This document shows positions 28,871-38,260 of a stretch of 64,000 nt of DNA, one piece after another. A program made the translations under genes and the position numbers. The DNA is taken from positions 12,488-76,487 of the forward strand of contig JAKAEE010000008.1 of the NCBI GenBank assembly GCA_021820065.1. Direction: 5' to 3'. How positions within the stretch are numbered: the first letter of the stretch is position 1; the number at the start of each line of letters is the position of its first letter. The notes under the pieces were generated by a model. It worked only from the letters and a program-made list of their open reading frames with translations. It was not told where the DNA came from and ran no database searches. Origin of the DNA: Bacteroidota bacterium. GTDB taxonomy: Bacteria > Bacteroidota > Ignavibacteria > Ignavibacteriales > Melioribacteraceae.

Positions 28871-30219
28871 TAAGCTAATTTGTTAACCGCTTCTTTAAAA
28901 ACTTTGCCGCGATGTTCGTAATTGTCGAACATATCGAAACTTGCGCAAGCCGGAGACAGCAAAACTATTGTTCCCTTCTCTGCTTCTTTTCTTCCCGCCG
29001 TCACACAACTTTCCATCGAGTCTTTGAACTCGGTAGGAACAATTGTGTGAAAGTAATCGTAAACTTTTTGTGCCGAGGAGCCGATCGCGTAGATTTTCTT
29101 CACGTTTTTTTTAACCAAATCTTTCAGGCGGTCGTAATCGTTTCCTTTGTCTTTTCCGCCGAGAATCAAATACAAAGGTTTGTCAAAACTTCTTAGCGCG
29201 TACCAAACCGAATCAACGTTTGTCGCTTTGGAATCGTTAACGAATTCGACTCCATCAAGCTCGCGAACAAATTCGAGACGATGTTCTACACCCTGAAATG
29301 ACGAAAACGCTTCTCGTATTTTTTGATTCGGTATGTGCAGAAGTTTTGCAACGGCAAGCACAGCAAGAGCATTCGCTAAATTATGTTCGCCTTTAATGTA
29401 CAAGTCTGTACCCGATGCAACTTCTTCAACTGTTCCAGACCACGCAAAGAACAACTTGCCTTCTTTATAAAAGGCGCCGGCTGGTAATTCGTCTTTCAAG
29501 GAGAAGGCAAGTCTCTGAACTTTTTTGTTCTTCAAATTTGCACTGATGTACTGATCGTCTGCGTTATATATGAAATAATCTTCTTCATTTTGATTTGCTG
29601 CGACTTTCAGTTTCGATTCGATGTACTCGTCAAAATTATTATGATACCGGTCGAGATGATCCGGCGTGATATTCAGTATCAATGCAAAGCGCGGTTTGAA
29701 TCCATCAATATGATCCAATTGAAAACTGGAAGTCTCAAGCGCAACGTACTCGTTTTCATTCACCAATGGAGCGGTTTCAGAAAAAGCATCGCCGATATTT
29801 CCCGCCGCGAAAGTTTTAATTCCAGCCAAGTTAAGCGTGTACGCCATCAGAGTAGTCGTTGTTGTCTTTCCGTTTGTTCCTGTGATCGAAATAACTTCGC
29901 CTTTGCAGAACCACGAAGCAAATTCGACTTCGCTGAAAATCTTAATTTTCTTTTCGATTGCTTTCAAAAGAACAGGTGAATCGCTGGGAACGCCGGGACT
30001 TGTAACAATGAAATGGCAATCGTAAACTTTTTCCGAATGAGCGCCGCACTCGTAAGCAATTCCTTCGGCTTCAAAAACCGAAACTGATTTTCCGAGTTTG
30101 TCTATTGGACTGCTGTCGCTCACAAACGGAACGGCTCCAAATTGTTTAGCAAGTTTCGCCGCGCCGATTCCGCTTCTAACTGCGCCAATGATCGATATTT
30201 TTTTCCCGCGTATATCCAT
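28870..30219 (-). CDS. murD: UDP-N-acetylmuramoylalanine--D-glutamate ligase
   Basis: Start trimmed to MDIRGKKISIIGAVRSG (ATG 30217-30219, a TAATG overlap with the mraY stop). GTNGKTTTT motif. Confidence 0.93.
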   Translation of the reverse strand: MDIRGKKISIIGAVRSGIGAAKLAKQFGAVPFVSDSSPIDKLGKSVSVFEAEGIAYECGAHSEKVYDCHFIVTSPGVPSDSPVLLKAIEKKIKIFSEVEFASWFCKGEVISITGTNGKTTTTTLMAYTLNLAGIKTFAAGNIGDAFSETAPLVNENEYVALETSSFQLDHIDGFKPRFALILNITPDHLDRYHNNFDEYIESKLKVAANQNEEDYFIYNADDQYISANLKNKKVQRLAFSLKDELPAGAFYKEGKLFFAWSGTVEEVASGTDLYIKGEHNLANALAVLAVAKLLHIPNQKIREAFSSFQGVEHRLEFVRELDGVEFVNDSKATNVDSVWYALRSFDKPLYLILGGKDKGNDYDRLKDLVKKNVKKIYAIGSSAQKVYDYFHTIVPTEFKDSMESCVTAGRKEAEKGTIVLLSPACASFDMFDNYEHRGKVFKEAVNKLA

Positions 30220-31328
30220 TACCTTATCTTGAACGATGCCAAACTGATTATTGCCAAAATTATTGTGATGATGTAAAACCGGATTACAATTTTCGGTTCC
30301 GCCCAATCCAATTGTTCAAAGTGATGATGAATAGGCGCCATCTTGAAAACGCGGCGTCCTTCACCGTATTTTTTCTTCGTGTATTTGAAATAAAGCCGTT
30401 GAATGATAACCGAAAGAGTTTCGACAAAATAAATTCCGCCGAGAATTGGAATAAGCAAATCTTTCTTGATCAATATCATCATAACGCCGAAAGCTCCGCC
30501 GAGTGCGAGCGAGCCGGTGTCTCCCATGAAAACTTGAGCGGGATAAAAATTGAACCATAAGAATCCGAGTCCAGCACCGATCAATGCAGCAATAAAAACC
30601 GTCAACTCTCCCGATCCCGGCAGATACATGATGTTCAGGTAATCTGCGTAGATCACGTTTCCGCTGATGTAGCTAATAATTGCCAGCGCCAGCATCACAA
30701 TTATAATTGTTCCAATGGCAAGGCCGTCTAGTCCATCAGTAAGATTGACAGCGTTGGAAATTGCGGTGATGATAAACACGACCCACGGAATATAGAGATA
30801 CGAAAAATCCCAATTCAAATTTTTGAAGAACGGCAATGTTGTTTGCGTATTGAACTGCGCAAACTCCGGCAAGAAATAAATTGCAAGACCAACAACCAAT
30901 CCAACAAAAATTTGACCGATTAATTTGTATCGCGCAATTAATCCTTTGGGAAGTTTTTTAACTACTTTTAAGTAATCGTCAAGAAATCCGACAGCGCCCA
31001 AAAAAATCGTTCCGAACAAGACAAGGATTATGTATGTGCTTTTTATATTGCTCCATAATAGAACGGGTACTACAACCGAAAATAAAATTATCAATCCGCC
31101 CATTGTTGGAGTGCCTGCTTTTTTCTTGTGCGTCGTTGGTCCGTCGTCGCGTATCGGCTGATCAACTTGCTGCTTTTTTAATCTATCAATGATTTTCGGT
31201 CCGATGTAAAGAGACATTACAAGCGCAGTAATTGCCGCGAGCGCCGACCGAAAAGTTAGAAACCGGAATATGTCGAATCCCGGCGGACTAAAACGTTGAT
31301 TTATCCAATCAAAGAGATAGTAAAACAT
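30219..31328 (-). CDS. mraY: Phospho-N-acetylmuramoyl-pentapeptide transferase
   Basis: 369 aa, polytopic. NLTDGLDGLA and MGDTGSLALGG motifs. Confidence 0.96.
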   Translation of the reverse strand: MFYYLFDWINQRFSPPGFDIFRFLTFRSALAAITALVMSLYIGPKIIDRLKKQQVDQPIRDDGPTTHKKKAGTPTMGGLIILFSVVVPVLLWSNIKSTYIILVLFGTIFLGAVGFLDDYLKVVKKLPKGLIARYKLIGQIFVGLVVGLAIYFLPEFAQFNTQTTLPFFKNLNWDFSYLYIPWVVFIITAISNAVNLTDGLDGLAIGTIIIVMLALAIISYISGNVIYADYLNIMYLPGSGELTVFIAALIGAGLGFLWFNFYPAQVFMGDTGSLALGGAFGVMMILIKKDLLIPILGGIYFVETLSVIIQRLYFKYTKKKYGEGRRVFKMAPIHHHFEQLDWAEPKIVIRFYIITIILAIISLASFKIR

Positions 31329-32713
31329 TATTCAAACCTTGTCTCCAAAATGTTAACGAATTCTTCCATCTTCATTCCGCGCGATCCTTTAACAAGAATC
31401 ACGGAATCTTCTATCTCTTCATATTTCAAATAGAGCGATAAAGCTTCGCGAAGATGGAAATGAATTGATCTTACTTTCATCTTTCTTAATTCTTTGTGCA
31501 GATTTTTCATCATTGCGCCGACAGTAAGCACAGTGATGTTTTTGCTCGGCGAAAAATTTCTGGCTAACGAAGCGTGAAGCTTTGCCGATTGACCGCCCAG
31601 CTCGAACATATCTCCAAGTACAAACAATTTTTTCTTAAACGTTTTAACTTTTTGAACCAGATCGATCGCAGATTCCGTCGATGCCGGACTCGCGTTGTAT
31701 GTGTCGTCGATTACAACTGCGTGTTTGAATTTTTTCACTTCAAGCCTCCCGTGAACCGATTTTAATTTCTTAGAACCGTTAACGATTTGCTTTGGTGTTA
31801 ATCCCAACTCTATTGCCACAGCCGATGAAGTCAGAAAATTTTTTGCATTCGATTCTCCATAAACCGGAAGAATTGTCTCAAACTTCTTGCCGTTACGAAT
31901 TTCAATTTTTGTTCTGCCGTCGTTCGTAAAGCCCAAAATTTTCCCTTTAACATCTGCAGAACCTTTGAATCCAAACGTAATTTTGTCTTTATATTTTTTG
32001 GTTCGGGCGCTAATTATCGGGTCGTCACCGTTCACCAGAATTTTTCCGCCGTGATTTTTCGTCACTGCAAACAAAGCAGATTTTTCCTTGTACACGCCTT
32101 CGCGGTTTTTCAAAAATTCCAGGTGAGAATCACCAATGTTGGTTATCAGCGCATAATCCGGCTGCGAAATTGCCGCCGAGTATGCTATCTCGCCGAAATG
32201 ATTTGTCCCTTGTTCAAGAACCAGCGCTTCACATTTTTCATCGGAACTTAATATTGTAAGCGGAACGCCAATATGATTGTTGTTGTTCGCTTCGGTTTTG
32301 ACTACGGAATATTTTTCGCCTAGAATAGTTGCTATCATTTCCTTCACAGTAGTTTTACCGTTACTGCCAGTAATTGAAATTACTTTTGCGTTCAATTTAT
32401 TTCGCCATGTCTTGGCAATTTCTCCGAATGCTTTCGTCGTGTCGCTTACCGTTACGACAGGTATGTTCAGCGAATCAAATCTTTTAAACTTCTTTACATC
32501 AATTACTATTGCACTCGCACCGTTTTTAACCGCGCCAAAAACAAATTCGTGTCCGTCAAATTTTTCTCCCTTTATCGCTACGAACAAACATCCTCTCTTT
32601 ACTTTTCTTGAATCGATTACAACCGAAGAAACGGGGTGGTATCCGTCGGGATTATAAATCACCGCGCTTGGAATGTTGAACAAATCTTCAATTGTAATTT
32701 TTATCTTGCCCAT
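31328..32713 (-). CDS. murF: UDP-MurNAc-tripeptide--D-Ala-D-Ala ligase
   Basis: 461 aa. ITGSNGKTTVKEM motif; Mur ligase order in the cluster. Confidence 0.93.
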   Translation of the reverse strand: MGKIKITIEDLFNIPSAVIYNPDGYHPVSSVVIDSRKVKRGCLFVAIKGEKFDGHEFVFGAVKNGASAIVIDVKKFKRFDSLNIPVVTVSDTTKAFGEIAKTWRNKLNAKVISITGSNGKTTVKEMIATILGEKYSVVKTEANNNNHIGVPLTILSSDEKCEALVLEQGTNHFGEIAYSAAISQPDYALITNIGDSHLEFLKNREGVYKEKSALFAVTKNHGGKILVNGDDPIISARTKKYKDKITFGFKGSADVKGKILGFTNDGRTKIEIRNGKKFETILPVYGESNAKNFLTSSAVAIELGLTPKQIVNGSKKLKSVHGRLEVKKFKHAVVIDDTYNASPASTESAIDLVQKVKTFKKKLFVLGDMFELGGQSAKLHASLARNFSPSKNITVLTVGAMMKNLHKELRKMKVRSIHFHLREALSLYLKYEEIEDSVILVKGSRGMKMEEFVNILETRFE

Positions 32714-34179
32714 TCTGCCAAATATTTTTGTGCAATCTCTTTATCTGAAAAATGCTTTCGTACTCCGTTTACTTCTTGGTAGTTCTCGTGTCCCTTGCCT
32801 GCGATTAAAATCACGGCATTGTCTTCGCTTTCAAAAACTGCAGATCGAATTGCTTCTTCGCGGTTTTCGATAACACGGTAATTATTGGTTTTGATGCCTT
32901 TCAGAATTTCATCGATAATTTGAAAAGGGTCTTCCGTGCGCGGATTATCCGACGTTACGTAAACACGATCACTCATCGATGCAGCAATATTTCCCATCAC
33001 GGGACGTTTTGTTGCGTCGCGGTCGCCGCCGCATCCGAACACCGTGTAAACCGGTCGATCTTTTTTAACTATGTGATGAACTGCTCTTAACGCCTGCAGC
33101 AGCGAATCCGATGTATGAGAATAATCAACAATCACTTTTTTATTTTTTTCGGAAACAACTTCAAACCTTCCCGGAACTTGCGGGGTTGTTTGGATTCCCT
33201 TGATCGCAGTGTCGGCATCGATTCCGCTGACGATTGCGGTAACGAAAGCCGCTGAAGCATTGTAAGCATTAAAATGCCCAACCAAACTTGTCGTTAAATG
33301 ATAATCTTCGCCGATGTAATTAAGAATGAAACTTGTTCCGTCGAGTGTGAATTCAATGTTGCTTAGAACAAAATCGCCAATTGAAACCGAACCGTAAGAA
33401 TATTTTTTCGCTTTGGAATCTTTGATAATTGACTTTGAACTCGGGTCGTCGGCATTGAAAATAATTTTTCCACTCGGAGGAATCATATCGAACAAAATCT
33501 TTTTTGATTCGAGATAATGATCGAATGTTTTATGATAGTCCATGTGATCGGAAGTAATGTTGGTAAAGATTCCGGCGCCGAAATTCAGGTAATCAACTCT
33601 GTTCAGGCGTAATGCGTGAGACGAAACTTCCATCACGCAGTGAGTGCATCCTTCCGAAACCATCTGCGAAAGCAGCGCATTAATTTCATTTGCCTGCGGT
33701 GTCGTCAATAAAGTTTTGACTTCACGTTCGCCGATATAATTTGCAATCGTACCGATCAATCCGGTCTTGAATCCGGCTTGCTGAAAAACATTCTTCATGT
33801 AAAACGCTGTAGTTGTTTTTCCTTTTGTTCCTGAAATTCCAACGAGCATAAGTTTTTTGGATGGTTCACCGTAAAAAATGTTGGACATTTCTGCCAAGGA
33901 TTTTCTGCTGTCACTTACAACAATCTTCACGCAACGGGCATGAGCAAATATTTGATCGGGCACTGCATCTGCTTTTTGCAGAACAACGCCGCTTGCGCCT
34001 TGATTAATTACATCCTGAATAAATTTATGTCCGTCTGTTTTGAAACCTTCGATTGCAAAAAAGAGCGAGTTCTTGCCGGCAATTCTCGAGTCAATTGTAA
34101 TGCTGGTAATCTCCTTCAACTCAGCATTTCCAATTACCTGAATGGCTTTAACCTTATTTAGCAGCTCGCTTAACTTCAT
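32701..34179 (-). CDS. murE: UDP-MurNAc-L-Ala-D-Glu--2,6-diaminopimelate (or Lys) ligase
   Basis: 492 aa. GISGTKGKTTT motif and a DNPR motif near the C-terminus (TSDNPRTEDP). Confidence 0.93.
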   Translation of the reverse strand: MKLSELLNKVKAIQVIGNAELKEITSITIDSRIAGKNSLFFAIEGFKTDGHKFIQDVINQGASGVVLQKADAVPDQIFAHARCVKIVVSDSRKSLAEMSNIFYGEPSKKLMLVGISGTKGKTTTAFYMKNVFQQAGFKTGLIGTIANYIGEREVKTLLTTPQANEINALLSQMVSEGCTHCVMEVSSHALRLNRVDYLNFGAGIFTNITSDHMDYHKTFDHYLESKKILFDMIPPSGKIIFNADDPSSKSIIKDSKAKKYSYGSVSIGDFVLSNIEFTLDGTSFILNYIGEDYHLTTSLVGHFNAYNASAAFVTAIVSGIDADTAIKGIQTTPQVPGRFEVVSEKNKKVIVDYSHTSDSLLQALRAVHHIVKKDRPVYTVFGCGGDRDATKRPVMGNIAASMSDRVYVTSDNPRTEDPFQIIDEILKGIKTNNYRVIENREEAIRSAVFESEDNAVILIAGKGHENYQEVNGVRKHFSDKEIAQKYLAEWAR

Positions 34180-36203
34180 CAGTTTGAACTCGTCAATGAT
34201 TTTTTGATAGACTGCTCACACTTGAGAACGCAGACGGAACCTTGTGTTATCTGTGAACCCGGTTCCAGGCTTTGCCAAACAACTTTTCCGATTCCATTAA
34301 TTCTGTACTGCACTCCCAGTTGATTAAGCAACGCAACAGCATCTCTTACAGATTGGTTGACCAGGTTCGGTACAACATTTTTATTCCCATCTATCGAGAA
34401 TCGTTGATGAAAACTTTCCGTTTTTTTCTCGGGTGCATCTTGATACGATCTTGCGACAGACTTCGGTGCGGTTTTCAAATCAGCCATTAGTTGGTCAACG
34501 AGATTTTGTTTCCTTTCAATTTTTTTTCTGTTCGGTGCTAGATTCAAGTCCGCTTGCAGCATTCGTTTTGCTACTTCATGAAAAATCGGCGCTGAAACCA
34601 ATCCGCCGTACTGACCAATTTTAGGTGCGCTAACTTCGATCAAGCAAACTATCTGCGGATGATCGGCAGGAAAAAATCCGACGAATGTTGAGTTGTGCTG
34701 ACTCCCGGAATAATTATTGTTGACCAATCGTTGTGAAGTTCCGGTTTTACCGCCGACTAAAACGTTATCAAGCTGCGCCTCTTTACCGGTGCCGTTTTCT
34801 ACAACTCCAACCATAAGTTTCTTAAGTTCATCTGAAGTTTGTTGACTGATGACGGTTCTAATTTTTTCGGTTTGTCCTTCAAAAATTGTTTTGCCGTTGT
34901 TGTCGGTAATCGATTTCACAACATACGGCTTTAACAATGTCCCGCCGTTTATTACCGCGCAGTAGGCTGTGATCAGCTGCAGCGGTGTCACTGCAACTTC
35001 ATAACCAAACGACATAAATGCTTTTGATATAGCAGAAAAGTTTGCCGGATTTTTCAAAAAACCGTCAGCTTCACCGGGTAAGTCAACTGCTGTTGCATTA
35101 CTAAATCCAAAATCTCTCAAATATTTATAAAGCATCTCGTCAGGAATTCTCGCGGAAAGTTTTGCCATTCCGATGTTGCTCGATTGCTCTAAAACTTCGC
35201 GCACAGTCAGCTTATCGTGTTTATGTGTATCGAGTATCGGAACATTTTTTAATCTGTACGTTCCGTTTTCGGTATCGATGACTTCGTTTTCTTTCACCAA
35301 ATTATTTTCGAACAGGATCGACATCACCATTGGTTTCATTGTTGAACCCGGTTCATATGTATCGGTGATTGCCCTGTCTTTCCTCGCTTCTGCCGGAAAC
35401 AAATCGTAATTAGCCGGATCATAGTCCGGTGAATTTGCCAAAGCATAAATTTCACCCGTGTTCGGATTCATTATGATGCCAACTGCTGATACGCCTCCGT
35501 ATTTCTGCTGACCGGCTGCAAGTTCTTCTTCTAAAATTTTTTGGTATGTCTTATTAATGGTGAGTGTTACCGTATTTCCGGGTATCGGCGCTTGAGATTG
35601 TTTTTCATCTACCGACAAAATTCTTCCCATCACGTCGCGCTCGTAAACATAATTACCATCAATGCCGGTTAAGTTTTTATCGTAAATTTTTTCAATCCCT
35701 TCTATTCCCTTCATATCGTTCTTGTTAACAAACCCAAGCACGTGAGAGGCAAGACTGCCGTACGGATAAACTCTGGTGAAGTCTTCTTGCGAGAATAATC
35801 CGTCAACAACAACTTTTCGCAATTCCAAAGCTTTATCCATGCTTATTTTTTTCTCGAGACAAACGTTATTAACGCCCTCGTCAATTAATTTCTTATAAAA
35901 TTCTTTAGGTTTACCAAACACTTTTGAAAACGCTGAAGATATTTCACTTACCTTTTGTTGAGTCATCATTCTTCTATCTGCGTAAAACGAAATATTGTCT
36001 CGCGTGTAACTTAGAACCTCACCGTTACAGTCTTTAATTATCCCGCGTTCGGCTTTCACAGTTTGCGGTTTGTTCTGCTGACGTTCAGCTACCAGAGAAA
36101 AATACTCGTGGTTTGTAATCTGAATCGTAAACAGTTTTGCAACCAGCAAAAGAAACATCAGCAATAATCCGGCAGTCATTATAAGTGCGCGCGAGTTAAT
36201 CAT
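34179..36203 (-). CDS. ftsI: Division transpeptidase FtsI/PBP3 with a C-terminal PASTA-like domain
   Basis: 674 aa. N-terminal TM helix; STMKP (SxxK), SSN and KTGT motifs. C-terminus VPNLVNQSVRDAVALLNQLGVQYRINGIGKVVWQSLEPG looks like PASTA. Confidence 0.9.
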   Translation of the reverse strand: MINSRALIMTAGLLLMFLLLVAKLFTIQITNHEYFSLVAERQQNKPQTVKAERGIIKDCNGEVLSYTRDNISFYADRRMMTQQKVSEISSAFSKVFGKPKEFYKKLIDEGVNNVCLEKKISMDKALELRKVVVDGLFSQEDFTRVYPYGSLASHVLGFVNKNDMKGIEGIEKIYDKNLTGIDGNYVYERDVMGRILSVDEKQSQAPIPGNTVTLTINKTYQKILEEELAAGQQKYGGVSAVGIIMNPNTGEIYALANSPDYDPANYDLFPAEARKDRAITDTYEPGSTMKPMVMSILFENNLVKENEVIDTENGTYRLKNVPILDTHKHDKLTVREVLEQSSNIGMAKLSARIPDEMLYKYLRDFGFSNATAVDLPGEADGFLKNPANFSAISKAFMSFGYEVAVTPLQLITAYCAVINGGTLLKPYVVKSITDNNGKTIFEGQTEKIRTVISQQTSDELKKLMVGVVENGTGKEAQLDNVLVGGKTGTSQRLVNNNYSGSQHNSTFVGFFPADHPQIVCLIEVSAPKIGQYGGLVSAPIFHEVAKRMLQADLNLAPNRKKIERKQNLVDQLMADLKTAPKSVARSYQDAPEKKTESFHQRFSIDGNKNVVPNLVNQSVRDAVALLNQLGVQYRINGIGKVVWQSLEPGSQITQGSVCVLKCEQSIKKSLTSSN

Positions 36204-36516
36204 ATTTATCGTTTACAAGTTTTTCAATTTGCTTTATCTGTTCTTTTGAAACTTGAATTGCATCCAGATTATCATTGGGTCTTACCATTCCCAACGAATC
36301 TTGAGCAAACTTCACAATTCTATCTTCCGATGTCAGCTTTTGAATTTCCACAACTTTAGCTTCAATTCTATTTCTTCTTTCGTTAAGAACTTGCTGTTTG
36401 TAAATTTTTTCTTTGTTAATTCTTTTAATTTCCGTCAGGGTAACGACGTACGTAAACAACAGTAACGCTACAGCAACAACTATCACTATAAAATTCTTTA
36501 ATGATGATACTTTCAT
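36196..36516 (-). CDS. ftsL: Cell division protein FtsL-like
   Basis: 106 aa. One TM helix plus a coiled coil. Lies in the canonical position between rsmH and ftsI. Confidence 0.7.
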   Translation of the reverse strand: MKVSSLKNFIVIVVAVALLLFTYVVTLTEIKRINKEKIYKQQVLNERRNRIEAKVVEIQKLTSEDRIVKFAQDSLGMVRPNDNLDAIQVSKEQIKQIEKLVNDKYD

Positions 36517-36519
36517 TTG

Positions 36520-37440
36520 TCATACTCTTTCGGCAACGCGCAGTTTTGCGCTCCTCGATCGTTTATTCAAAATTATTTCTTCGTTCGATGGAACTATTGG
36601 TTTATGTGTTATCAATTTCAAACGTTGTTTCTTCCCGCAAATACAAATCGGTGTTCCCGGCGGACAAACACACGTTAACGTTTCATATTTGAATTTTTCT
36701 TTCACAATCCGGTCTTCTAGAGAGTGATAAGATAAAAGAACAATTCTTCCTCCTGCCTTTAGCAGAGGTATAGATCTATCCAGAAAAACTTTCAAATCTT
36801 CCAGTTCATTGTTCACATATATTCTGAGGGCTTGAAATATTCGTGACAATGATTTGGTCAGATATCTTTGAGGTGTTATAGTTTCAACGATACTTCTAAG
36901 CTGAGAAGTGCGCAAGATTTTTTCTTTTTGTCTGGCTTCAATTATTTTCTTTGCGATCAGCTTCGAATTTTTTTCTTCCCCATATTCAAACAAAATATTG
37001 GCAATCTCGTCTTGTGAAAAACCGTTCAAGACATCTGCGGCTGATAACCCTTCGTTTTTATTCATCCTGAGATCAAGTAGAGTGTCTTCTCGGAACGTGA
37101 ATCCCGAATCAGCATTATCTAACTGATATGAAGAAACTCCCAAGTCTGCGAAGATGCCGTCAAATTCTTCAATGAACTCAATTTTTGATATTGAATTAAT
37201 ATTTGTGAAACTGGTGTGATAGATTGAAAATCTAGTATCGGGTTCGAATCTGTTTTTACAATATTCAAATGCTGATTGGTCTTTGTCTGTTGCAATCAGT
37301 TTGCCCTTTATATTTAATCTGTTTAGAATCTCTTGTGAATGACCGCCAAATCCTACCGTGCCGTCAAAGTAGCATCCGTCTTCCTTTGTAACCAAATACT
37401 CAATACTTTCCTTAAGTAAAACTGGTACATGAAAAATCAT
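36520..37440 (-). CDS. rsmH: 16S rRNA m4C1402 methyltransferase
   Basis: 306 aa. HVPVLLKE, DGTVGFGGHS and FADLGVSSYQLD motifs. Confidence 0.95.
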   Translation of the reverse strand: MIFHVPVLLKESIEYLVTKEDGCYFDGTVGFGGHSQEILNRLNIKGKLIATDKDQSAFEYCKNRFEPDTRFSIYHTSFTNINSISKIEFIEEFDGIFADLGVSSYQLDNADSGFTFREDTLLDLRMNKNEGLSAADVLNGFSQDEIANILFEYGEEKNSKLIAKKIIEARQKEKILRTSQLRSIVETITPQRYLTKSLSRIFQALRIYVNNELEDLKVFLDRSIPLLKAGGRIVLLSYHSLEDRIVKEKFKYETLTCVCPPGTPICICGKKQRLKLITHKPIVPSNEEIILNKRSRSAKLRVAERV

Positions 37441-37886
37441 TTCTGTTTTTTCTGCATTATAGATTTTGCTATTTCTGCAAATGGTTTTACGTTTTCTTTC
37501 TTGTGCAACTCATAAATCTCCGGATTCCAAATTTCAATCTTTTTGTTTTGACCAAGAATAAATACTTCTCTTTCTATTCCGGCAAACTCTAAAAGATTTT
37601 TGGGAACAAGTAATCTTGATTGAGAATCAAGTTTGTCTTCGGCAGCTAATTCAAACAACATCCTTTTGAATGCAGCTTCATCAGGATCAAAATCATCGAG
37701 TTGATTTATGCGGGTTAGAACTTCTTCCTTCCAAAAATCTTGAGGATAAACATCAATGCATTGGACAATTCCGCGCGTCATCACAAACGTATCATTAGCT
37801 TCTTGAGTAACATATTTTTTGAATCTGGCGGGAATGCTTATTCTGCCTTTTACATCTACAGAGTATTTGAAACTACCGATAAACAT
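37437..37886 (-). CDS. mraZ: Transcriptional regulator MraZ
   Basis: 149 aa. MFIGSFKYSVDVKGRISIPARF with duplicated SpoVT/AbrB-like halves. Confidence 0.93.
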   Translation of the reverse strand: MFIGSFKYSVDVKGRISIPARFKKYVTQEANDTFVMTRGIVQCIDVYPQDFWKEEVLTRINQLDDFDPDEAAFKRMLFELAAEDKLDSQSRLLVPKNLLEFAGIEREVFILGQNKKIEIWNPEIYELHKKENVKPFAEIAKSIMQKKQK

Positions 37887-38068
37887 TAATAGAATCCTCT
37901 TTTGGGAAAATTAAACACAATTACCCACTTGATTGCAAAATAATGGTTTTTATATGGGATTGTCAAGGTTTTTTTATGACAAAATTCCAAAAAAATGCTC
38001 TTGAGCAAACAATTGAAGGCAGTTAGAATTAAATGATAGGAAATACTATTGATCTGTGGAAAGATTAG

Positions 38069-38141
38069 AGCCACCTGGGAGACTTGAACTCCCGACCCGC
38101 GCATTACGAATGCGCTGCTCTACCAACTGAGCTAAGGTGGC
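38069..38141 (-). tRNA. tRNA-Thr (anticodon CGT)
   Basis: Hand-folded cloverleaf: GCCACCT/AGGTGGC acceptor, GCTC/GAGC D stem, GCGCA-TTCGTAA-TGCGC anticodon arm, GGGAG-TTCAAGT-CTCCC T arm, discriminator T. No encoded CCA. Confidence 0.9.
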
Positions 38142-38152
38142 TTATGAAATTG

Positions 38153-38248
38153 TTATCTCAATTTCTTTTTGTGTCTGTTCTTTCTCAAGCGTTTTTTTCG
38201 CTTGTGAGTTGCCATTTTATGGCGTTTTCTTTTTCTACCACAGGGCAT
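38153..38248 (-). CDS. 31-aa Arg/Lys-rich micro-protein (bS22/AURKAIP1-COX24-like tiny ribosomal-type protein?)
   Basis: Not in the ORF track because it is under 60 aa. Hand translation gives MPCGRKRKRHKMATHKRKKRLRKNRHKKKLR*, preceded by AAGGAGAAACAA (a strong SD, 6 nt before the ATG). It lies 12 nt after the TPR gene stop and 11 nt before tRNA-Thr. Confidence 0.55.
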   Translation of the reverse strand: MPCGRKRKRHKMATHKRKKRLRKNRHKKKLR

Positions 38249-38260
38249 TTGTTTCTCCTT

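Noticed and set aside
30220-30306. 29-codon N-terminal extension of murD (MGGTENCNPVLHHHNNFG...).
   Set aside because: It overlaps the mraY 3' end. The conserved MurD N-terminus begins at MDIRGKKISIIG with a TAATG stop/start overlap.
21889-37886. Many 60-160-aa ORFs antisense to or overlapping dcw genes (e.g. 22124..22585, 22729..23178, 23191..23673, 25291..25731, 29590..29979, 32277..32657).
   Set aside because: They are shadow ORFs inside strongly supported essential genes, with low-complexity or unusual composition and no motifs.
37914-37966. MraZ operator repeats and promoter upstream of mraZ.
   Set aside because: Only two GTG(G/T)(G/T) boxes 10 nt apart (minus strand, 37914-37928) and a TTGACA at 37961-37966 are present. 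That is too little to claim a site.
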